From the human T2T-CHM13v2.0 reference genome, Homo sapiens, in the NCBI RefSeq assembly GCF_009914755.1, contig NC_060927.1: 64,000 nt of DNA. One strand, given 5' to 3'. Numbering within the stretch: position 1 is the first letter of the stretch; each line of letters begins with the position of its first letter. Under the pieces are notes generated by a model. That model worked only from the letters and a program-made list of their open reading frames with translations. It was not told the origin of the DNA and made no database searches. Below, piece after piece: positions 53,461 to 64,000 of the stretch. A program made the translations under genes and the position numbers.

Positions 53461-54781
53461 CCAGAGTAATGTCCTGTAATGAGCCAAGGTCAGAAGGAGA
53501 AATAAGGAAGCTTGCAAGTGACTAGAAATGATCATGCCTCGGTGCCTTAACAATACAAAAGTGGGGAGAGCAGCCAAATTAGGAACCCCCCCCACTAGGA
53601 GTATTAGCTGCCCATTACATGATCTTTATGGTCTCGAGCCTTCTAAGATAGCTGAGAATACGACTTATAAAAATCTTATCCAACATGTAGGCCTAAAATT
53701 AGTCTTAAAATTATGAGAAATACAACTGAAAAGTTAACAACTGGACATTAAGAGGAGCTAAAACAACCCATCTAACAGTTACTGATGATCTACCATTCTC
53801 TGGACATAATATAAGATACAAATATGAATTAGAGTCCTTGCCCTCAAAGAGTTCAATCTGGTACTGGGGGAGGCCAGAGTGTACACAACCAAAACAGAAA
53901 CAGGACAAAGCAAAATAAGTGCTATTGTACAGGCATAAAGTTCTGAAGAAGTGCAAAGGAGAAAGGCATCTATGTATTTTCATTGGAGATTTCAGCAAAA
54001 ATTCTCATCCATCATGTTTAAACATCTCGGAAGTAAAAAAATGTTGGTGAATAACTATCGTAGTTTCAGAACTTTACTGCTTGGAGAATGAGAAAAACAA
54101 TTCACTGGTACCTTTGACTCTTTGTCTAGAAGTGTTGCTGTAAGCCAGCTTTTTGTTCTTGTCAAATAAATTCTAGAGACCGTGAAAAGCAACATCATAC
54201 AGTATTTGCAGTCACTAGAAATAACATCAGTCCTTTTCTTGTGATAGCGTTGGATGACACCATTACCTTGGCTACCTGAGCTAACTTCAACCTCATTGTC
54301 CTTCCCAGGGAGTAGTTTCCCAGAGTAGTATTAAAAGATTGACAGCCTCTTCCTTGGCCCCCACAAACATAATGCAGAAGGCTTCCAAAAGACCAGTGCT
54401 AGCATACTCTTTCAAAAGGAAGGCACTCCAAAGCTCCATGAGTCAGAAGAATTAACAGGCAGGGACTGGTAGAATCAGAAGTCTAAAAGAGTGCAGGATG
54501 AGGCCAGAAGTCCACAGCCCCTGCACAAGATCCTTTGGGGGACTGCCTCTATTACAGTTAACCAGCTGTGCTAAATTTGGGCTGGTTGTTCATCTTAAAT
54601 CAAAAGAACAAAGCTTAGTCCACCTGAGCCCATGCTCTGAGGGACCAGTGGCCACAATCACTTTAGGAAATGAAGGGAGATGTCCAGGGCTGCTGATGAT
54701 GTATAATAGGGAAGTCTCTGGTCAGAGGTGTAATGCTGCACCGACTGCTGCCTGCAAGAGGGCAGAAAATGAGCCTGTAGG

Positions 54782-54998
54782 CAGGGCTGTCCAATCTTTT
54801 GGCTTCCCTAGGCCACATTGGAAGAAGAAATGTCTTGGGCCACACATAAAATACACTAATGAGAGCTGATGAGCTAAAAAATTGCAGGGAAAAAAAAAAC
54901 CCTCAATGTTTTAAGAAAGTTTACGAATTTGTGTTGGGCTGCTTTCAAAGCCATCCTGGGCCGCCTGTGGCCTGTGGGCCATGGATTGGATAAGCTTG
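54782..54998 (+). mobile_element. MER30 hAT-Charlie MITE
   Basis: cagggctgtccaatcttttggcttccctaggccacattggaagaaga ... ttggataagcttg; ctgtag on both flanks. Confidence 0.9.
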
Positions 54999-57296
54999 CT
55001 GTAGAGTTAGTTTCCTCAGCGTTTTTGACAAAAATGCCAGTTTGGGTCTTAAATATCTTAAGAAAAACGTTTTTAAACGGTTATGAGGTAAATCACAGTT
55101 TTTTGAGATTTTGGTGAAGAGGGAGATAAAAGGGAGATAGCCAGATTTCATGAAAAATAATTCTTATGCTAGAGACCAGCTGCAGGATAATAATGCTGTG
55201 TTATACTCTCCAAAGATAGGTTAGTTTTCTAGGGGGCAAATGCAGTCATTTTGATAAAGATACATGGATTTGGATACAGGAAGAGAACAGGCATTCTTAC
55301 CAAGGTAAATGGCAATAAAGCAATAAGCAGGAAATCAAATGGTCTTTTCAAAGGGTATGGAGTTAATATTGTCTGGGATTGGGAAGGGTGGGGAAGATAA
55401 GATGGGACCTTGAAAGCCTGGCTAAGGGAATGTGGAATCTCTCCACACGTTTCTGAGGAAGGGAATAACAAAGTCAGCACAACGTTTGAGGAAAATCAGT
55501 CTGGCAGCAATTTATACCCTGAGCAGGAGAGAGTAGGGGCTGGAAGATGCAGTGTAACCAGCACCTGTCAAAGGCCAGTTCTGTGTCCGACACTGTACAT
55601 GCACTGGGTCACTACCATGACCTAAACCCATCAGTCATCTGTAGAACAGTCTCTTTACCACAATTGTAGGCTGCCTGAACTCAGGCACTAAGAATGTTAC
55701 CCCTACTTGGTGTAATACTTGGTAACCAGATCCAAATAATTTATTCTCAGCTACCTTTTTGGAACTGAGCAATCTGAAAGATTTCTAGAAGTTTTGTTGC
55801 ATTATTTTTTTGAATTGAGCCACAGTATAGTAGGACAGTAGGTCTTTAAGTGCTCTTTAAATAGCCTCTTGCATCAATGACTGTAGGTAGGAAGTGATTT
55901 AGCCTACATCACCTCCCTAAAATTCTCGTTACATCAATTTTTAGGGTTTGTTCAGTCTTCGATTTTTTGCTTTATTTTACACCTGTTTTATGTTGGCCTT
56001 CTCCTATGCTTATGTGCCTGTTAAGATTCAAACTGTTCTTTTTGAGAATTCTAGCTTTGTTACATAGGGAGTAAAATATAAACAAGCTTAAACTATTTAT
56101 CAAGTTCTGAATAGGTAAATTTACAATGCATACTCCATTGGCCAGTGTCTCTTTAAAGGGTTTTTAACACACTAAAATCCTGTTAACTTTGAAATGGCAG
56201 TTCTGATAGAGAAAAGCCACTCCCAGATCAGATGATATTATCAGCATCTAAATGAGCCAGGCAGTACTGCAAGGAATTACAGATGACATTATTATCTACA
56301 TGACAAAATCAGAAGGCCTCAGGCAAACCCCATGGGTTCTAATAAAATCAGATTTGACAATATTTATTACGATTTTTTGTTTCTGTCATTCATCTAATTG
56401 GAAAAGTGAAACAGAGGCAACAGATCAGACAAGGGGTTTTAGATAACAAAGAGTTTGGCCATATTGAATGACAGCTTTAAACAATACTGACAGCTGCTCC
56501 CAAGCAGTCTTGGTCAATTGCATTATATTAGAAAAGAGGCTCCAACTTCAGTCCATAGCTAGGGTGGTCAGATCTATACAACAGGAAAAAAAAATCAATA
56601 AACAAAGTAAATCTCAGACTAAGGTACTAAAAGCCAAAATCTCTCAGCATAAGATACCTGAACAACTCAACCCTAAAGAAGTACATGCCAAAGGTGTGAC
56701 CTTCAAAACCCGAAAACAAAAGACTAACTTGTTTCAAATCCATTTTCAAAAGTTGTCTGCCCTTGAAACTCTTCAAAAGAGCATGGCTCAGAGCTTATAA
56801 GGCAGTTTCAAAAGGCAGGTCCCAACGTGCTAAGTTTGGCTAGCATTGCTCATGTTCTTACGTAGACTGATTTGTGATCACACTTTATTATCTCATTTTA
56901 GAGAAGAGCCAAAGGGCAGCCTTAAAGCTCCTTAAACCAGTGTTTTCCAAACCATAGGTTATAAACTATGTTAGAACAGAATATATTGGAGTTTAGTAAG
57001 AGTAAGGAAAGGGTAAGAACTGTCATTAAACACACTTTCCCAGAAAGGTGGATTGAATTAATGCCTGTGGGGCTTTTTTTTTTTTTTTTAAATGGACAGC
57101 TGGGAAGGACTATAATTATGGAAACTTCAATTTACAGTGTCCAACAATTGGAGAGTCATTGAATACTGTTTCTTTGAACACACAGAAATTCTTTGCTTTT
57201 ATACCTTAAATTCTTTGAGTACAGTAACTTCCTCCTTCTAGAGAAGAAGTGTACTTCTCCCTGGGAAGTACTTTGTGAATATAAAAGACAACCAGT

Positions 57297-58592
57297 TCAT
57301 TGTTTTCATTATGTTTAATGTAAATACTATGGAAAACATGCATAATTACTAGGCAACTCCTTTGTGGAAAAAAAAAGTCTGCATGCTTCTAAACTCTGCT
57401 ACATCTGTTCTGTGTAAAACATTTCTCCTGATAATTTTGTGTTACTTTGTTCAGGCTCTTTGTAGCAGCTGTGTACTGCTAATGACTTCCCTTATTAGTC
57501 AGCTCCAGTACTTTCTTGGGTTTGAAGCATATAGTGTAGAAAAATTTGGCTTTTCAGCAACGTTGTATTAGGCTAATGGATGACGTTTAAATCCACGGCC
57601 AAGGTAGGATAAGAGTGTTATTTCTGCTACTGCTATTTTTCCAAAGAAGGATAACTTTTAAAATACTAGAGTTCACAAATAATTTGTCAAGACTGTATAT
57701 ATGAGATATGACCATTAGTTGGGCTGTTATTAGGGTTATTTCAGCACTGAGTCTTTAGAGTCAATGCACCCTCACAATTATAAAATGAGGCTATAAGGCC
57801 TGTAAGCATATTGCAAATCATGGTAGAGATTATACTTCTTAGAAATTCCCTTTCTTCCTTTAAGACTTAGGTAAATTTTTTCACCTGTCTAAAGCCTTCC
57901 TCTGTTCTGTGCTCCCATCAGAGCTTTCTCAGGCCTCTTTTGTATTCATCATGTTTGACTATCTTTTTGAATATTTTTCTCACCCATAGACTATGATGTA
58001 TTCAAAAAGAGATATTGTTTTACATCTCAGGGACTAGGTCAAAAACTAGAAAAAAGTAGATGATTGATGAAATAGTAAATAATGAAATCTTTATACCTTT
58101 TTCACATTCTTCATAAACTCGTTATAAATATATCAATAATTATATCCGAAGTTGGGATTGAGAAGGTAACGGTGGCTGTGGCCAGGGAGTGAGTAAATAC
58201 TTTATGCCTTTAAATGTATATGGTGTTCCTTTGTTTCTAAACTGTGTCTATAATCTTGCTGTTTTCTTCACTAGGAAGTCCAGCGCTGTACTGCTGATAT
58301 GAACATCACTGCAGAGCATTCCAATCATCCAGAAAACAAGCACAAAAACAGATACATCAACATTTTAGCATGTGAGTAATAAGCTTTAAACTACCTTCAA
58401 CTGCGAGGAAATTAAATTTTCATGCTGGGTATAAGCTGAAAGCCAAGCAGTCAGAAGCAGGATGCCAAGAAAGAATGATTCTTGCAAGCTAACCTCTCAT
58501 TAGCCCATCTTCAACAGTGTAGAAGTTGGGACATTTTCTTCCCCCTTAGCCTTTCATTAGGCTGTCAGGGCTCAGCGAGCTTAATAAGGTGA
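57297..58592 (-). ncRNA. Possible terminal exon of an antisense lncRNA (PTPRG-AS1 is known to overlap the 3' half of PTPRG)
   Basis: Minus-strand acceptor-like acattttctttcag at 58593-58606 and minus-strand ATTAAA at 57314-57319. The overlap is recalled, and the boundaries are inferred. Confidence 0.25.
58275..58371 (+). CDS. PTPRG: PTPRG coding exon (about exon 17): [32 protein letters not shown](Y)
   Basis: Acceptor ttttcttcactag, donor T|gtgagt; 97 nt, phase 0 to phase 1. Contains the NxxKNRY phosphotyrosine-recognition motif. Confidence 0.98.
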
Positions 58593-59149
58593 CTGAAAGA
58601 AAATGTTTGGAGCTTCGCTATTTTCACATGAAGTGATGTCATATCACATGTTGGGAGCCAAAATTTGAATGTCACTTGGTTACACTGACATTGTTTTTAA
58701 CCTGTAAGGGCCAAATCTTTTAATACAAATGAAAATATTGGGAATTGAATCAAGCAAGCTGAATTTCAAAGCATTCTTTCAAAGACTACATAATTGGCTT
58801 GTACCTTAAATGATGAGCCTCCAGGCCTTTTGGTCCATGTGCTTACTCCTATCTATCACATTTCCATGGTCAGGAATATTCTGTAGGTTAGGGACTCAAA
58901 CAAATGGACATTCTTCATACAGAGCCTCAAGGAATACCCTAGGAGCACAAGCTACTTCTATGGCTAGAAGACCACATTTCACAGACATGTGGGGCTTGGC
59001 TCACTGGCATATAATATATGCTTTGATACTAAGGGTAGGGGCATAGATATTTATAGTTAACATATACCATGGTAAGGACATTACATAGAATTGTATACAA
59101 TAGTGCATTTAAATTGGACCACTTAAAATTTGAACAGTACTGTATAATG

Positions 59150-61040
<1,891 letters not shown>

Positions 61041-61288
61041 AAATAAAATGTTACAAAAACTCCAAGTTACTTTTGAATAGGATTGTTTGTTCTACTTTTC
61101 TGAGAAAATGAACTGGTTAAAAAAGCCAGGGGGAGAACAAGGAAGAAAGTCAAACCTCTCCCTAGTCTTTGGATTGACTTTGGCAGTATTTGTTGGCCAG
61201 CTCAATCAAGGCTCACCACTGCTGTGACTATGAGGATTTCTCTATCCAGATACACCTCCTTTCTAACCAGAGAAATCAGGCAAGGATA

Positions 61289-61310
61289 TGTATACATCTG
61301 TGCCTTATAT

Positions 61311-61352
<42 letters not shown>

Positions 61353-61368
61353 GTATACATCTGTGCCT

Positions 61369-61405
<37 letters not shown>
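61289..61405 (+). repeat. Compound (TACA)n/(CA)n microsatellite with a duplicated spacer
   Basis: gtatacatctgtgccttatata occurs twice, each copy followed by a CA run. Confidence 0.95.
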
Positions 61406-61406
<1 letters not shown>

Positions 61407-62888
61407 ATTCTCTCCACCAGAGCATCCTTTACTTCTCTAATGTCAAACATCACTTACTGCCTTGCTAAAAGTATTGTGGCAAAAAAAGGAGGAGAAAATC
61501 AAAGCAACTAATGTGTGATGTGCCCAAAGGTCATGGTGTTTTGCTAGAAAACCATCATCTCTGGTTAAATGTGAATTGCACTTTCACAACTTCATTTGTG
61601 ATTTTACTTTCACAATTTCAAATTAGATGTAATTTTATTTTTAAACATTCAGGGAGTTAGGTTTTGGTGTTCTCTTGGCCACTCAGATTCTGGGCACATT
61701 GCCTGCCTTCATCTACCCTCTATATTAATGCCTTTTCATAGCAAAGAATAGCATAGAAACAAGTAAAATCAGACCGTGAATGAGCCAGAAACATGATGTA
61801 TGAAAAACCTTCTCTCAGATTCATCACAACTTTCAAGGTATATGTGGATGTTACCAAATCACCTCCCAAATTGATCTATTAATGTCTTATTTGTCAGTCT
61901 AAGAAATAACAATATGCAATTAATGACTACTAAGGCATAACGGTTTGGATCCAGATGCCTTAGGAGAAATTTTTCCTTTGGGGCCTATTTATATCAAGCA
62001 ACACCTGTTTCATGTCAACTGTAAACTGAAAGTTTGTCAGAACAACAAAAACAGTTCACAGTTCCAAAAACATAGAGGGCTCTCAAAAATTGCTTGGTAT
62101 ATTCTGAGGTCAGTAATGCCTATGCTGATCCACTCATTGGACTTCTTTTTCAACTAGCCTTTTATGATAATGACTATAAACAGAAACATAAATTGGGTTT
62201 TGCCCATTCTGTTTCTACCTAGGGAAAATAAAATTATAACCTCAGCTTCCTTTTACTTATTTTGCTATCCTAAAAAAAACAGGCACAATCTGCTGGGCAA
62301 CTAGATACACATGTCATGCATCACCTACCCCCAACTTTTGTTCATTAACTGAGGTTAAGTGGATCCTAAAATCTGAACATTAACTTCAGATTCCTGTAAT
62401 GAGATTACTCTTAACAAAAGCTCTGGTTTCCTCAATTCCTTAGGTTCTGTTAGGGTAGCAGGGAATCCAAGTGAATTAGCAATGGAATTGCCTGAAAATA
62501 TTAATAGATGTTTTGGACTTGACAGATCAGTCACCCTTTTATATTTGTATTAATGGGGAGGGAACAGGGGCATAGGGCATAATCAAAGCCCTTTGAACTT
62601 GGCTTTAAAATACAGAACAAGCAAATACCTTTGAACTTGGCTTTAAAATACAGAGGACTACAATTTGTAATAGTTTTACATGAGTTTGCATCCTGAGAGC
62701 AGGAGATGTAGGAGTGGCTCTGTATTTTGGGATGGGTTTGAATGCTCTATTTAGTTGTTCTGCCAAAAGTTTTCTCAGACTACCTTGGGAGATGTCATGT
62801 TACCTGATTGCCTTGTGTTGTGCTTTAGAATGGTGCTAGTTTCTGAATTATCCATTTTATTTCTGTTTTTTTTTCTTATCTTCTATAG

Positions 62889-62971
62889 ATGATCACAGTA
62901 GGGTGAAGTTAAGACCTTTACCAGGAAAAGACTCTAAGCACAGCGACTACATTAATGCAAACTATGTTGAT
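62889..62971 (+). CDS. PTPRG: PTPRG coding exon (about exon 18): (Y)[27 protein letters not shown]
   Basis: Acceptor ttcttatcttctatag, donor GAT|gtaagt; 83 nt, phase 1 to phase 0. PTP motifs DxxRVxL and DYINA. Confidence 0.98.
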
Positions 62972-63163
62972 GTAAGTCAGAACTGTTATTATAAACCTGT
63001 TTCTAGAAATTGAAGACTGCAGCAGAAACTGTTTAATATATTTTAATACTGTACAGAGCTTTCACTAAAAACAAAGCCCATTCAATATGGAAGGCATTTG
63101 AATTATTGACTGGTCTTCTGTGATAACTGCTTTCATCTCACTTTGTGCTGTGTCATTTTGAAG

Positions 63164-63298
63164 GGTTACAACAAAGCAAAAGCCTACATTGCCACCCAAG
63201 GACCTTTGAAGTCTACATTTGAAGATTTCTGGAGGATGATTTGGGAACAAAACACTGGAATCATTGTGATGATTACGAACCTTGTGGAAAAAGGAAGA
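63164..63298 (+). CDS. PTPRG: PTPRG coding exon (about exon 19): [45 protein letters not shown]
   Basis: Acceptor tcattttgaag, donor AGA|gtaaga; 135 nt, phase 0-0. PTP motifs YIATQGP, DFWxMxW and IVMxT. The catalytic Cys lies beyond the window. Confidence 0.98.
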
Positions 63299-63879
63299 GT
63301 AAGAGCCTTTTGACTCACTATCTTAATAATGCACCTTCATTCAAAAGATACTTGTGGAGTACCTGCTTTAGGGTAGGAACTTGACAAGGTATAAAGAGTT
63401 ACGGAAATGAAAAGTGTTCTCTCTGCTTTATCTTGCTTATGATTCAGAAGGAAAGAGAGCTAAGGCATTATGAGAGTAAATGTGATGACAGAGATGAACA
63501 GGGTATCAGTGGAATGCTGCAAAATGAATCAATGTATCCTCTGTACATTCCTCTGTACAGAGATTTTTTAAAGGAGCAAATACTTGAGACTTGAACAATG
63601 ATTACGAGGAATTACACAGGCTAAAAAGAGAAGGAAAGGGTGTTCTAAGTACAGGGGACAGACAACAGTAAACAGGGAAATTGAAAGAAGCGTGGTGTAG
63701 ACAAGGAACTACTAATAGTTAAGATTGGGGGAAGCAAAAATTGCCTAAACAGTTTAACCATCATTAAGAGGACCTTTTAAAAAAATGATTAGTGCTGTAG
63801 AATTTATTGGATTATGAGTTTACATTAGATGATGCTAATTTAGGCTGGAATAAAAGCTACACTTCAAGGAATCACCACA

Positions 63880-64000
63880 CTGGGTTGATAGGTGCATCAA
63901 ACCACTATGGCACATGATTCCCTATGTAACAAACCTGCAAATCTTGCACATGTACCCCAAAACTAAAACTAAAAATTAAAAACAAACAAAAATAAAAATA
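63880..64000 (+). mobile_element. Primate L1 (L1PA-like) 3' terminus
   Basis: gggttgataggtgcatcaaaccactatggcac...ctatgtaacaaacctgc...tgcacatgtacccc followed by an A-rich tail. Confidence 0.9.

Noticed and set aside
56468-56800. 110-aa Lys/Gln-rich ORF suggesting a processed pseudogene
   Set aside because: No recognisable parent protein, poly(A) tail or target-site duplication. A-rich composition explains the amino-acid bias.

Overview
Human/primate genomic DNA from the middle of PTPRG (receptor protein-tyrosine phosphatase gamma; chr3p14.2 from memory), transcribed on the + strand. Seven canonical AG/GT-flanked coding exons splice in frame. From memory these are exons 13-19. They encode the membrane-proximal stalk and transmembrane helix, an 87-nt symmetric juxtamembrane cassette, the wedge region and the N-terminal half of PTP domain D1 ([34 protein letters not shown] motifs). 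The rest is intron, rich in Alu, MIR, L2, L1M, MLT1 and DNA-transposon fossils, several of them nested. Almost none of the ORF-track ORFs are credible. The most interesting signal is a candidate internal first exon at 38536-38675, missed by the ORF track because it is under 60 aa. It has a Kozak-like ATG in a locally CpG-richer patch and a phase-2 donor matching exon 15. It would replace the ectodomain and TM helix with a 47-aa N-terminus carrying a Cys-rich hydrophobic segment. Other leads: splicing-regulator motifs after the cassette exon, a 9-nt microexon-like unit, inverted Alu pairs and a possible antisense lncRNA 3' end. Repeat family names and boundaries were assigned by eye and are approximate.
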